Shown here: positions 11,701 through 25,540 of the stretch, piece by piece
Position numbering within the stretch: the first letter of the stretch is position 1
How the letters are laid out: every line of letters starts with the position of its first letter
Assembly (NCBI GenBank): GCA_965153455.1
Contig: OZ234493.1
Coordinates: 18,280,213-18,344,212 of the forward strand
Direction of reading: 5' to 3'
Source of the DNA: Sphagnum compactum
Lineage: Eukaryota
DNA length: 64,000 bases
The notes under the pieces: generated by a model
What the model was told of the DNA's origin: nothing
Database searches by the model: none
Seen by the model: the letters and a program-made list of their open reading frames with translations, nothing else
Program-made: the position numbers and the translations under genes

Positions 11701-14600
11701 TAATCATTCTGAAAAACCCACTGAATATCTTCTTTTTGAACACTTACCTTCTGTTGACTTGCTGCATTGAGGCCACACCACAGACATCTGTTCAGTTGCA
11801 GACTCCTCCATCTCCTCAATGTTGTGTTTATGCAATGTCTCCTGCAATAAACAAACTCCAGTTTTAAACAAAGAATTGGCATCTGGGAGGATTGAACTTC
11901 TTCTAGAACCCTTCCATGATCTACCTAAAATCATGTGTATCATTAAGGCTTTGATTTCAGAAACACCCATGATTCTCAAAGTAGGTACTATATTACCCAA
12001 AGTAAAGAAAAGGATCCAGGAGCAGTTACAAAATTTTCAAAAGACACCCGGCTAGCTAGTGACATAAATCAAGCATGGAGAGAATTTAGTCCGGAGCTGT
12101 GGCACATACAGGGAGCTGAATGATGATGCAAAGAGCTCCAGTGGCAAGCACAGTGTTGCAAAGTGATGGCAAGAAGTAAGGGTACCTGTTGCAACCCCAC
12201 ATTCTCATCCTGACAACAGTCAATTTCTACATGAGAGCTTTCTAAGGAAAGAAACTGTCATGTCCAAGCTCATGAATCAAACTGTAAAGACTCATCAGAC
12301 AGACCCAAATTCATGAACCCCCCCCCTTAAAACCCTTACCGTGCAAAGAGAGATCCCTCACCAAATACACTTGGGTATTTGAGTGCAGGCTGCAAAAAAC
12401 AGCATCCAAGAAAAAAGAGTCTCAGTTGAATCCACCATCTTACAACCTACAGGAAACTTGGGTGAAGGAGATGCAGCAGCTGCCATTCCAGATGGATGGT
12501 ACCTGAGAAAGATAACCTCCTAGAGCGGGACCGATAATGAGAGCCAGACCCCAGCTGGTACCTACCTGTCCACAAGAATCCTCACAGCCTCAGAGTAAAT
12601 TCTTCATTTCTCTTCTTGTACATAAAAGACAAATACTGTGGCATTGTTGGACAGATGCACCCAAACCATTAGATTATTGCCACAGCATTGGAATCATGCC
12701 AGATCCACAAAACAAGGAAGAAAAGCTCAAGAGCAAAGTGACAGATCCACCAAAAACAAGAAGTAAAGCTCAAGAACAAGATATCACACCATGGAGATAC
12801 CCAATGCTTGATGCTGCTGATTGCTAATTTCGGATATATATGCCTGCACCATGACTAACGGCCACGTCAGTGAACAACCACAAATGATAAAGCCCTGGAC
12901 ATATTATATCTGCATGTCCGGAAAATCATTTCTGCATGCATTGGAAAAGGTTTTTCTTTGTGTGCTGCAATGTAATGCCACATGAAAGAGCTGATGATAC
13001 AAAATTTTGAGAGAAAGAAATCCATTTTTTTCCTTCAACCACATAGCTAGAAAGATCTAAATTTGCCTTCACAGCTCCATGCATGCCATTGAAACCTCCA
13101 AGTAGAAATCGTGTAGCCAGGGCCACCCAGAAGTTTTTGCTCAATCCAAAAAGTGTGTGGAACACTATCCTGCCACAAAAAAGGTTGCATACAAAAAACC
13201 CATGTGCAATTTTTTGGTGTCAGCGAGGACCAAAGTTTGAAGAAGAGGAATAAATTGGCAACATATTATCCTTTGATCTCTTGACTTTTGTGACCATGTG
13301 GGAGGTGACAGTGATCTCTAACATAGAATAATTTGTGTGATTCTTTTGCTTACACAGAGATGAGGCTCAGAACCATTACAGGCTTCCGACCATACTTGTC
13401 TGCTGCAATGCCCCAGTGCACTGCTGTTAAGGCCCGGCCAACTAGAAGGGATGCTCCTGCAACAACCAAAATCTGAGAGAGAGAGAGAGAGACAGAGAGA
13501 GAAAGAAAACAGCTCAGTGGAAGATCTAGCTTAAATGTTTTTGCAGATAAAAACTAAATAAGATCATGTAGTCGAGAGTGAGACTTCAATTGAATCACAC
13601 TCTGAATTCTTTTGTGAAGAAAAATTTGAGAGATCTACTCTGGTGGCCCATCTGCACTGCAATTTCACTTCAGTTCAGCTGCAGCTAGCTGCTGGCTCAA
13701 GAGGGATGATTGAAGATGACCTAAAAGTCCGGCATAGAACCCAATTTCCTTGTCAGATTTGGTGATATGAAAATCTTGTACCTGCACCATCATCATCATC
13801 ATGGTCTTCAAGACTGAAAACCCAACAATAATTTATCCTCAGAAAAGTCTACTTGTGCAATCCTAGTAATTTGCAAACATTCCTTCTCTTGCATCACATC
13901 ATAGTTTCCACATGCAAACAATCTGAAGAACATCATCCTGTTCAAATGACAGCACGAGGTTACAGTCCATGCCATCATGAGGTTGTCCAGAGATGTCAGA
14001 AAACCTTGTTTGAGGAGGAGACAGAAAGCAAGCACAATTGCTGAAAGAACAGAAAAAGAGACCAGAAAAAGGAGATCTCTTGAGATCAATCCATGAAGCT
14101 GATGATAACTAGTCCAAAGACACCAAAAAGAAAAAGAAAAAACGAAAGCACTCACCATGAAGTAGAGAAATGGGTAGAGGGACGAGACTGGAATTGCTGA
14201 GAGAGTCACATGCCACCAAAAGGAAAAACCCACAAAACCAGCAAACAGAGGGAAATGGGTGAGGCCTTCCTTCATGGGTGTCAGATACCTGTAGACTTCA
14301 TTCTTCTGCCTCAAGTGAGCACCATATAAATTTCCAAAGTTAGCGAGATCATGCAATGTCCTTTAACATCATGGGAAGAAGTGAACTGTGTTCCAAGATT
14401 TAACTCTAGAGGCAGAGAGAAAGCAGATTCATACAGGCGACAAAAATTAGTAGAAACACAGACAGGAACTCCTTATATGGAATCCCTGCATCTGGGTGTT
14501 GCAGATATGCACACTTGCATCCTGGACAATTGGGATACTGAATTTCCTTCTTCTTCTTCTTCTGCAGTAGTATCTGCTGATCCTCTGCATCATCTGCCAT
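8745..14600 (-). CDS. ZIFL1: Zinc-induced facilitator-like (ZIF/ZIFL/TOM family) MFS transporter, 520 aa, 18 coding exons
   Basis: Exons (minus): 14435-14600, 14156-14196, 13721-13781, 13354-13456, 13067-13169, 12790-12843, 12503-12565, 12340-12389, 12110-12185, 11748-11841, 11325-11512, 10967-11054, 10545-10630, 10227-10334, 9957-10001, 9754-9842, 9464-9507, 8745-8848. These total 1563 nt in an open frame, with all introns GT-AG except one GC-AG. Family motifs: [20 protein letters not shown] motif A ([12 protein letters not shown]), [28 protein letters not shown]. The exact orthologue within the family is uncertain. Confidence 0.92.
8920..9252. repeat. ~165-bp imperfect tandem duplication in the last ZIFL intron
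   Basis: ACAATTTTGTAGGTA(A/C)CATGACAATGGGT...ACTACCCA(CC/TT)GACTTCATCA..AATGGTGG.TGTAG occurs twice in tandem. Confidence 0.75.
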
Positions 14601-15573
14601 TGCCAGATTTTGTCCTGCTCAGCTTTCACACTTCTCTCCTTGTCTTTCTCTCCACTTGAATCCCTTCAAATCTCTCGTCAGCAATTAATCCAGACCTCAG
14701 GGACCACCTGCTGCATCCAAGCTTGTTGCAATCAATTCAAGCTTATGATTCCATGATCTTAGCAAACTACTGGAAACAAACCCAACAAAAGAAAAGAAAA
14801 GAAACTAAACCCATCACTCCAAATGCAATTTATGTGTCGACAATACAATCTACAAAACATTTGCAAAAATTCTACACAAAACAAAATTCTACAGCTTCTT
14901 CTCCAAAAGTAACCTTGCAGCTACAACAGCAAAAAACAAAACTCTCACTCTCCTCTTCTCTTCTCTCTTGTAGCATCACCATTTCCCCCCCCCCCCCTCT
15001 TACTCCTCCAATTCTTTCTTCCACAAATTGAGCTGCTGCATGGCACTGAGTCTGAGCTCTCTCAAATGCTCTCTTGTGCAACAAATCTCAAGAGACACAC
15101 CACTAGTGACCAAGACTACCAACACTTGGAAAAATCCAGCATTAGGAACACCATCAAATTTGAGCTTGTAGAATCATAATTTCTGCACTTCAAAACATTT
15201 GAAGTAGGATTGATTCCTCCAAATTCTTCAGGAATGAATCTTTCTTCTTCTGGGAATTCACTCAAGAAATTCATTCTCTGATCCCTCTATCCAGAAACCA
15301 CTGGGTTGACTGTTTGTTTGTTCTAGGGCCTTCATATATATATAGAGAGAGAGAGATAGTAGGTACTAGGTCACAGAGGTGGGTAGCAAGTAGTGTTGGT
15401 CTGGTGGGTATCTATCTACTTGTGGGTATCTACTTTTGAACATGTGACCTGGTCCTTGTATGGGATAATTTAAGAAACCTTTTCATACCAGCCAGGAGGC
15501 CCCTTGGCATTCATTGGGTCCAAGAGGGTCATGTCCCTTTTGGGGTGAAAAATCACAAAAAAGATGACACTAC

Positions 15574-15617
15574 AAAAGAAAAGAAAAGAAAAGAAAAGAA
15601 AAGAAAAGAAAAGAAAA
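15574..15617 (+). repeat. (AAAAG)n microsatellite
   Basis: Perfect pentanucleotide run seen directly. Confidence 0.9.
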
Positions 15618-17219
15618 TTCTATCATTAAATCTTTTAAAAAAAATAAACATTTGGGAAAAATAATTTAAGACTGATTTTTTTGGCTCTTGTGAGGCATGT
15701 ATATATTATATATGTGATATTGTAATTCATGTATAAAATTGGTACAAGGTTGGTACCACTACTTAAGGTCCCTACCAATGTTGATGGGTTCTTGCTTTTT
15801 GCAAGAATTTGTTAGGACCTTGTCTAGAGTTTGTTTTAAAATAAAATAAAAATTGGAAGACCCTTTGGTGTTGGGTCTAGGGAATATTTTCAAAAATTAA
15901 AACCCGCCGGTTTTGAGGCTAGGTCAATTTTTTCTAATATTATTATTATTATTAGTTTTGGGTTCGATGGGTCTAACCTTTAAAAGAACCTTCTATTTTG
16001 GTTTTAGGCTTAAGGCCATTTTCGAATTATTCTTGGGATGGTTTCAAACCTGATTTCTAAATAATTTTGAATTTTTTTGGAATTTTTTTTTTCCCTCACC
16101 ATGTTCTCAAAAGACTCCCATGATGCCCTCGTCAATTCTCATAATTTCCGAATGAGTTCTCAAAGTGTTTCCCAACATCTTCCCCAAAGAGCAAAAGAAC
16201 AACAAAGAAACTAAGTTACCAACAATGGACCTCCTCCGCTCACATAAAGCCTTATTTGGAACTCTATCCAACATAGGGAACAATAATCTAAGGAACATTA
16301 GAAAATATTTGTGTAAAGATAGATCACTTCTAGTGGGGATGCTCTTATATCATTTTCTAAAGCTTCAAGCTAAGGCGCAAGACCCTATAACCCTAGAATT
16401 TAGATGTAAGACGATAGAGCTTTAGAAAGCCGAAGCTCGATCAAAAACCTATGACCCTAGCCATGGGTCCATGAATACTTGTTGGGTCCAATTCTAAGGT
16501 CGGGTCTGGGTCCATTGTAGAACTGCCAAGTCCATGGAGATGGATGCTTAGGCCCGGATCAAGACCTGGTCGAAACTCGAACCAGGTATAAAAGGTCTTG
16601 GTAAGAGAAATTCTCAAACCACAGACCATTTGATGCTCTTGATGGTAACAAGCTCCTCGAGGTCATTCGGTTACCAGACAGGTTTGTTGTTTCTGGAATA
16701 AGTCCCTGTGGAAAGGCATAAATTGTATGGGAAAAGGGTCCTACCAGCACACCCTTTCCGGAGTTGATTGAGATCCCCCAAGGAAGGAAGGAAGGAAGGA
16801 AGGAAGGGGAAGGGTCCAAAAGGAATGAGTCTGTATATTGAGCCTTCTCCTACGTAAAGCTGTTGTGGCAGTGACACTGTGATATGGATAGTTGGACACT
16901 GTTGCAGTGAACAGTGAGGTGGGACAAGCTGGCTGAAGAGTATGTTGTTCCGGATCGTGTGAGTTACTGTTGTTTTTGTGACATCGCTGTAATGTCAGCG
17001 AATAGGTCGGCCCCGTGAGCTACCACAAAATATTCAAAAGAAAAAAAATGTGGGGGGTGCTTTACGTTCATGTATACCTACCTACCTTGTTTTATAAACA
17101 GGATGTTGCTTTCTGGCTCTGATCCTTATTTGGTGCTTCCACATCACGAAGCTTTTGATCCAATGAGCATTCTGACTTGAATGTAATTATTGGCAATGAC
17201 TGTTTGTTTGTTTCCACAG

Positions 17220-20200
17220 GTGACAGAAAACAACTGTGAACATGGACTTTTCATCTGCTTCCTGGTGATAATTTGCGCTTATTGATGCTGGTTATGTGCT
17301 CAAGTAGATGGGCTTTCCCCCATCCAAGATTTTGCTCGTTGCCTCCTAGTAATTTGCTTTGAGGCCATTACTTGGAGGCTTTTGCCTTCAGTTACATTGT
17401 AGATACCAGCTAGACAGGTGTCTTGGGTAACATTCTGTTGGCATAATTCACTTTGTCAAGAGCCAATTGCACAATCCTGATACTCACATGTGTGAGTAAA
17501 GTCTTGAGCATGTGGATGGGTGGAAAATTGTTGGGGTATACTTGGAAGACCCAACATAGAGTGAGTGAGTACAAGTTGTTACTGAACAGTTTTTTCATCA
17601 GTTCTGTCATTCCACCAGAGCTGCCAATGGAGCTCTCAATTGCTGTCAACACCTCACTCATTGCATTGGCTCGCCCTGACATCTTTTGCACTGAACTCTT
17701 CCATATCCCATTTGCCAGTAAGGTGTCTCTGGCACACCTTCCATTCAGTAAAGCAGACAAATACGTGGAAAGATTGTACTCATAAGACTATGATTGTCAC
17801 AAGCCTTGTGGCAAATACTGGCTGCCTGGTTATGAATGTAGAGAGGCAGAGGTCCACCTATTTGGTGTTCATATATGTCTGCTAGCTTGATAGTTGAAGT
17901 GCATTTGTGGATTGTATTTTGCCAAACTTTAATGCAATGTGATCATGTACTGCTCCTGATGATAACAGGTGTTTCCAGCTTTGACAAGACTCACACAATG
18001 ACCAGTGATGATATGGTAAGAGGAACAAGAATTCAGAATTTTCATATGCAATGCCCAATATGTGTGTTCTCCACATGCACATACACCAGCTCTGTTTTTC
18101 AATCCCCTTGGTTTATTCCCTTTCTCAAGTCTTCTTTCTCAGGGTAGCGACCACAATCAGTGTTTATTTTCAGGCAAAAAATGAAAAATCCTTCAAGCAC
18201 AGTGGTGTCGGGGAAGGATATGTCAAGAGTTCTGGAGGGCCCAACCACTCCTACTATGGCTCTCTATGCCTTTAGGATTACATGTTTTGTTCTACAGGGG
18301 CAGTCAATGACATGAATCTCACAAGCTTGTTGCAGCTTGAAGAAGGATGTGATGGATTTTCTTAAGTAGCAAGTGCTCTTGAGTTCCAGCCAACATCAAG
18401 GCTGCAACAACTTGCTGTTGCTTCCAGAAATGTGAGAAAAAGATTTTTGTATAATATTCTTACCCTAATTTTTTGAGCAGATCATTATATACTTATCTAC
18501 AGCCAGTGTATGAAGCTGATGAAGGCAGTGGGAGAGCAGCTAGTCACTGCCTTTCATATTGAAATGGTGGATGACCCTTGCAAGCTTGCTCTTAACTGCA
18601 CTTACATCCGTTGTGTTTGTTTTGGTGCGGGCAGAACTGATGGAATTGTTACTTTCGAAGTGTTTTTGTGAAGTTTATCTGTAACTTAATGGATATAATT
18701 TAGTTCAACCGCAGTCTGCAATGTAGAAGAGGTAAAGATCACATCTTGTACAGAGCTGGAGAAGTGCCTGGCTTCTGACTCTTTCGTCTGCCTGTTTTTC
18801 AGGAATTTGAAGGTTTGGTGGGCTTGGAGGGGTGATAACAAGAGCAGGAGACAAATGCAAGCCAGTTACCGGAGTACACTACACGGATTTTGGCTGTGTG
18901 CCATGCTCTTAACAAACTTGTAAGACAGTTCTCTCTGTTTTTGTTGTTGAGGCTATTACAAGGCTTGCTGCCTAATTTGACTGGTTTAGCTATAGATGCT
19001 CAACAATAGACAGGTGTGGCAGTGAAGACTATGCTTTGTAAGAAAGTTCACAGTCTTCCCTGAGAGCTGTTTTGACCAATTCCACATTGCTTGTTCCTGT
19101 TTCTGTGTTTAGGGTGGTGATCCTTTGGAAATACCCTCCCTTACTTTCTAAATCTCTGGATGAATTTCATGTGAGTCTTTGCAAGACTCTTTTTTTTTTG
19201 AGAAGGCATCATTGAAGGGCATAGACTGGGCCTGCACAGCTGATGAGAAAGTTATGCCTCCTTGCAAGTAAGGCATGCATCCTGCCTACACTACAGAGAG
19301 AAAGTCAGTCAGTTTTTTCCTGTCCCTCTGGAGCTTGTCATGATCAAAGTCTAGTCTCCCTGAACTTTGAATAGTGGAGGAGTCTCTACAGAAGATATTT
19401 GTGTCAATATCTTTGATAAGAATAACTGCTGCTCTGATTGAGCATTAAGAAATCATTGTGTGTTGTACTACACTCAGGGGAGATCTGGACAACCAGTGTA
19501 AATTGTGCAACGGCACCATTTTGCTTCACACCTCAAAATGGATGGCTGTTGTTGCTAGAACTGATGATGACTTTATTGCCCTTGTGAAGGTCAGATATTA
19601 GAGGAGACAAGGTGGCTGGTGGACCTTGTTTGTAAAGCTTGACTGGATGGGTAGTCCATCATTTGTGCAACTGCAGGAGTTGTTAGCTCTATGTATACAG
19701 GCGGCCTGTTATGGGTAAGTGATATGCATTATGAAGGGCTTCAAGTTAGAGTCACCAACACAACAAATGTGATCTTGTCTTATTTTGGTAGCTCTAGCAA
19801 GGATGAGGATTATAGAGTTGTCTGCATATGTTGAAAAGTCATTTTGTCTCATTTGGAAGTGCTTTACTTGCAGGGTTCTCCAGAGACAAATCAGGAGAGA
19901 CCGGTGCAAATCCCTGCTGGCTACATAGAGGCATACAAACAGTTCACTCACAAAGACTCATGTTCTTGCATTAGCCTACAAGTTACTTCCTGACATGCCA
20001 GTGAGATTCTCGCTATTTCATGCTAGGAACTGTGCAAATTGTTTGAGGATCTTCATGACAGTAGAGGAGCAATTTGTATCCTGATGAACATGTGATTTGA
20101 TCCTGCATCAGATCTTAATAAAGCTGGTTGCACAAGGGTGACACTCAGTTTCTAATAATAAAGAAGCTGCAGTAATTACTGGGACTTGCATGATATTTAT

Positions 20201-20270
20201 GCAGGTTGGCAAAGCCTGGGTACTGGAATGTGAAATGGTAGAAGTGAACTCAAGTTTGCAGGATTTGTGG
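17220..20270 (+). pseudogene. PDR2: P5A-type ATPase (PDR2/MIA/Spf1-like) internal fragment, non-processed pseudogene
   Basis: Collinear exon relics: [65 protein letters not shown] (P5A PPELP motif), FDKTHTMTSDDM (phosphorylation motif), EKASLKGIDWACTADEK, QRHHFASHLK..VKGSPET, VLALAYKLLPDM and SELKFAGF. Stops and frameshifts occur throughout and both termini are missing. Confidence 0.85.
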
Positions 20271-20374
20271 TATGTGTACAACATTGGTTGTTGCGGAGAT
20301 TAAATTTTGACTCAAGCAGGTTTTCCCATTCTTCATCACACATCATAGATATTTCACACCATTGTTGTCCTCTT

Positions 20375-20582
20375 GAGGGTTGTCATTTGGAACTATGGTT
20401 GGCATTTGTGGTCATCGTTTTCAAGGTTTATCACTTCTAGGTTTAACGCCACCTTATTAACATCCATTAGATGTTTTCCTGCATGTGAGGGTTGTCATTT
20501 GGAATTGTAGTTGGCATTTGTGGTTGTCATTTTCAAGGTTTATCACTTCTAGGTCTAAGGCCACCTTACTAACATTCATTGA
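20375..20582. repeat. ~110-bp tandem duplication
   Basis: GAGGGTTGTCATTTGGAA...TTTTCAAGGTTTATCACTTCTAGGT...CCACCTTA occurs at ~20376 and ~20487. Confidence 0.75.
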
Positions 20583-20899
20583 ATGCTTTCTTGCATGTGA
20601 CTTCCAAAATGAAACTGAACAACTCCCTTTGTATTGCAAGTTCATCCAAGGACTTCAACACTTATAACTCCTTTGATTATGGTTGTAAAGAAACTAGGAT
20701 CTCAACACTTGCATACAATCTTGATGCACTTTTCACAATGAACATGAACTTTAGGATCTGTGGGCCAATCCATGCAGAATCGATGGTATCTTCTCTTGAG
20801 GGCTGTAAAGTGGATCATGAGGTATCTCCAAGGTACCTGTGAGTATTGGCTTCAGTTTACAGGAATGGCAAAGGATCATGCTTGGGACTTTTATGGAGC

Positions 20900-21540
20900 T
20901 TACAGTTGGAGCTCTCTACAAACAACAACCTAGTACTGTGGCACTTTCTACAACGGAAATAGAGTATATTATGGTGGCGGGCCAAGCTATCAGAGAAGTT
21001 GTGGTGTTACAAAAATTGTTGAGATTCACATAAAAGGAACTGCCAAGGTAGCCTGGCACTAATCAAGAATCATGTTCATCATAGTAGGAAAAAAACACCT
21101 TGACCTACAAGGTCACTATGTGAGAGACATGGTTGCTATCGTTGAAGTAACATTTCAGTCTTGCTCAACATTGAACACGTGTGCCGATGTCCTCATAAAA
21201 TGTCTTCCTGGTGTGAAGCACATGCAATGCATAAAAGCTCTAGGACTTGGAAACTCAAGGTGTGACCCTGTGGGAGTGTTAAACTATAATAATTCAGATT
21301 GCAGTCAAACTTGAGTCATTGCAGTTGTAAAGTTTTGCAATTGCAGATGTTCAGGTAGGTTCATAGTAAGGGAGATTCATCTAAGACAAGCTGGATTATC
21401 TTCATTGATTTAGGATCTAGTTTGTTTGGCCATTGCTGCATGAGCTGATTGCTTGTGTATTTATCTTTAAGTTGCATTTTGTTTTCTAAGTTTGACAGAA
21501 TTTGAATGTATTCACATTGACTTTAACGAAACTTTCATTT
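20900..21540 (+). mobile_element. Ty1/Copia LTR retrotransposon 3' remnant (RNase H, PPT, start of 3' LTR)
   Basis: KQQPSTVALSTTEIEY..QAIRE and KKHLDLQGHYVRD..ADVLIKCL match Copia RNase H motifs (SxxEAEY, KHIDxxYHFxR, ADxxTKxL). These are followed by purine-rich GTGGGAG and TGTT at 21277. The LTR right boundary is uncertain. Confidence 0.75.
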
Positions 21541-24500
21541 TGTTGTTTGCTCTTGTGAACACTTATGTTAAAAAATATGTATGTATTAACTTAGTTCAAG
21601 TTTATCTTTTTCATTTTGGGTGGGAAGGAAGTATGAATGGTAACTTGATATTCTTGGTATAACTGTTAACCCTATACAAAGTTTTAGTGATTATCTAATC
21701 CATCCATGTTACATGTTAGATTTTGGTAGCAATTTGGCCATATATCACATTTTTTCTATGTTGCTAGGGGATGGGTATATCAACCGTGCAACCAATAGCC
21801 AAAGTAGTTTGGACTTATGACTACCTTGCAAGTGGTTGTGAATTTTGATGAACCTATTACTAAGTCAGGTTGAGTGTTACCTATCATAGCCATTTCAATT
21901 ATATGGGGTCATTTGGATAAGTAACCAACAAGATATCTCAAGTTCAAACCCATGGGAGTGGGTTGGGCAATTATGTTGCTTCCTTTACATTTCTACAAAT
22001 TGACCACCTTCAAAAGAATGCTCTAGCCCCTATTAGATGCCTTTTAGGTTGAGGGCAAAAGAGCCACCATGTCCCATCATGTTGGCAAACTAAAAGTCAA
22101 GTTGCCAAACTAATTTGTGTGTGTGTTTGTTTTTATTCCAACAATTAGAAAGTGACCATGTTCAAAAGAATGTCCTAACTCTATAAACCGGTCTAGAAGG
22201 TAAAACATCACTAAGTCACACAAAGGTGTAAAATGAAGCACTTAAACCTTTGTTTTATGGCATATTTAACCCCTAAGAGCCTAAGCCCATTTTAGAACCA
22301 TTTTCCATTATTTTGAGACTTAGGTAAACATTTGATCCAATCTACTCATCTATTATTTGAATTACAAATCCAACCGTTCAATTCAAAGTTTATAAATTCA
22401 TAATTTTTTTGATAAAAATTTCAACCAAAATGAAGAAAAAAACAATGGGATAGGAAAGCTAGATTGGGCTTGTATAGGATATGCAAGTGTAATGGTTGCC
22501 CAAGGTTGGTTGAAGCTTCACACCAACTCAAAAAAACTAACGACATGGATTAATGCATGCATTCGCTATTATGACAGTAAAAATGACTAAGTTACTCACA
22601 AAAGCCAAATTCAAGTCAAAATGCAATTCTTCGAGTAAGAATGAAGTCTTGCAAGTTTTTGAATGAGAACAATCCTTGAAAAGGAGCAGAAAATTTAAAA
22701 TGATCTCACTACTACAACTCCTTGGTCAACTCTTAAATGACTTTTCAAAGTTAGCTTAGCTAACTTAAGGAGGCTAATAGGGTGGGCTTTATTCTTTGGG
22801 GGAGTCTCTCTCTCACACATGGGAAAGTGATTGCATGGGATTTTATTGATAAACCTTTCCCTAAATTAAAAAATAAAAAATAAAAATGCGTGCTATTAGA
22901 TCAATTTAAAATACCAAAAAACCCATTAAGGGTTAATCAATGTAAGGGTTAATCAATGGATTGCAACTTTTATCTAAAGAAAAAAATGAATATGTTGCAT
23001 GGAAGGTGAACAATCTAGGGGCATGAACTAAGAGAGAAAAGGTGTGCTGTAAGGGATGCAACTTTTTTTTCGCGGAGATGATGATGTGTCTAATTTTGGT
23101 TGGCCATAACCATGATTTTCTAATTGTGGATGTTAAGGGAAAATTCCTTGTGTCCAAGAGTTGTGAAAGGAGTGTCTGCCCTTAGTACAACACTACTCCT
23201 TCTGTCTTGCCTTTTGATTCCCACCCTTATAAGCTGTCATATAACTGTATCACAACAGAGAATGCAATGCTTTTGCACTTCTTGAATGAACTGGCCAACA
23301 CACAACATGCATGGAGTGTCGCTGTGGAAGGCAATGGGAGCTGGAAAAATGGGTGATCAAACTAAAATACAAAGAGACTACAGAGTCTAAACTTTAAAAG
23401 ACTCTGGGATATCTTTTAACGGGTGAATAAAATCTTTAAGCACGAAGATTTAGGAAAAAGGATGGATTTTGCACAGAAATCTAAAGGAAAGAGGAAAACA
23501 AGCACCATTAAATCAAACATGATGCCACACCCTGCATGGACATGTATGTTGTGGTTGATCTCATAAGGGTGGCAAGCTTGTGTTAACAAAATAGAATGCC
23601 ATTAATAAAATTAGTTTGGAACTTAAGTGTGTCTCAATTATCCCAGTATCTACTAGAAGATTGCGTCATGTACAGTGTTTACACAGGATTCAAAGATTAC
23701 ACGATATCCTCAGTCACTGATTTTCTTCTGACAATTTTTGTTGTTTTTTGAAAACACGAAAAATTTGGACAAATGTGGTAAAAACTTGTCAATTTCTTGA
23801 CATCACAAATTGGCTATGTGTAGGGTTAGCACCCAAGGAACAAGGCATTCCCAAAATAAGCACCTGCCTGAGGCAAAGTCAAGGGGTGCTTCTTGGGGGA
23901 TTGCCCCCCCTCCCCTCCCTCCCTCCCTCCCTCCCTCCCTCCAAGGGTGTTAGTTACCCTGTGTAAAAGCATTGGCAAAATATTTAAATTATAAAATTTC
24001 CCATGATACCTAGCAGTTATCACAGGAAAAAAAAAGAAATAAAAGGTCGGCCATGCCCACTCCAGTGTGCATTTTCTCTTTCAAAATGCCTCACCTTTCG
24101 TGGTGGCCAGATTCTGCTTATAACATGGCCTCCAGACACACTACAAAAATAAGTTCTGCTGGTCCTTTATTGGAGCCATGGGCAAAATTTGAAGCTGGTC
24201 ATCATGTGTGCTTCACAACCCTATTATAACAAAGGGGCATACAATGTTTGCCTTCCAACCAAAAAAAATTTATTTTATCTACCTAATATCCCATCAATAT
24301 CTCATCCAACATAGTACTTAAGATGATTCAGCATATAGGTTAAGTATCTTGGATGATCATCCATTTTGATAGATATCTACATGTTACAGAATTCGTTCAA
24401 GTCTGTACTAGCACAGGGTTGTCAGAAGTTTCAATACAATAAAATCACAATTGGCAAAACCCTTGTCGCTATGTAAACAGTAAGGCTCATTACATTGCAA

Positions 24501-25540
24501 ATATATATGGCAAATGAGTTATCGCAATTGATATCCCTTCAACCTACTAGAGGTTAGAAGCCATCAAATTATGTCATCTGAAACTTGTATTACCCTCAAC
24601 CGAAACTTAAATGGATTCCTCTTAGCGCCCACACACCACCAAAGATTTTTTATTTTCAGGGATTTTCTCGCCAATTTTTGAAATAAAATAAAATAAAAAT
24701 TAGCCATATCTAGACCTAGGCACTTCCTAGGTCGTCACTTGTAGAAGCACTTTTGTAAAAATGAATGCAACACCTCACCTAGGAGAGTCCATTTAAGGCT
24801 AATACAATGCTTGGGATCCTTGCCTGTAGGGTTTAGGCTACCATGGTGACCCTTGGAGTTCCTCCATTTCACCTATCTAGTCATATATACCTATTATTGT
24901 GTCAAGGAACTTTTATTACCCTTTTCAAAAGAGAAAGATAAAAGCTTGTGAGTGGCTAGTCCTATGGTCAATATTGTAGCTGTCTATTGTAGCATGATTG
25001 ATGATGCATGTAGGTAGTGTGACTAGTGACCAGAGAGAGTACTTTGATTGTGTTCCTCTAGAGAATCATGAAAATGGGGAGGTTGGCTTTCTTGTTTCCT
25101 ATTTTTGTTTGCCAGTGCAGGGCTGTGTAGCCAGTGATATTTTTCAACAAATTTCTTTGTTGTTTTTGCCCAACCCCAAAATATTGGGAAATTTTTAGAA
25201 TGTACTTCAGAAAAAAGTTGAAAAATGAGAATACTCAAATTCACACTAGAAAAGCACATTTTTTGAAAATTTCCCAATGGTTTTTTGTATCAAACCATCT
25301 CCACTTGCACCTCCTATGTGGGCCTAGAGCACTATTTATCACATCCAACAAAGATTGTCAATTATTTTCTTCCCTACCCTTTTTTTTCCTCTTTTTTCCT
25401 CCTCCAGTGACCCTTCCCCCCAGAAGCACGAAAAATTGTGGCAGTGAGAGACTACTGCCACCACATGGGACACTCATTATGACAAAAGTACTTAGTCATT
25501 TTCTTTTATTTGGCACCACTGTTGGAAATCATTGCAGATA

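Noticed and set aside
13808-14356. 182-aa hydrophobic ORF as a separate gene
   Set aside because: Only 14156-14196 is a real ZIFL exon; the rest is T-rich intron read-through.
16405-17027. Possible solo LTR (TGTAAG...TACCACA)
   Set aside because: No matching TSD, PBS or second copy visible.
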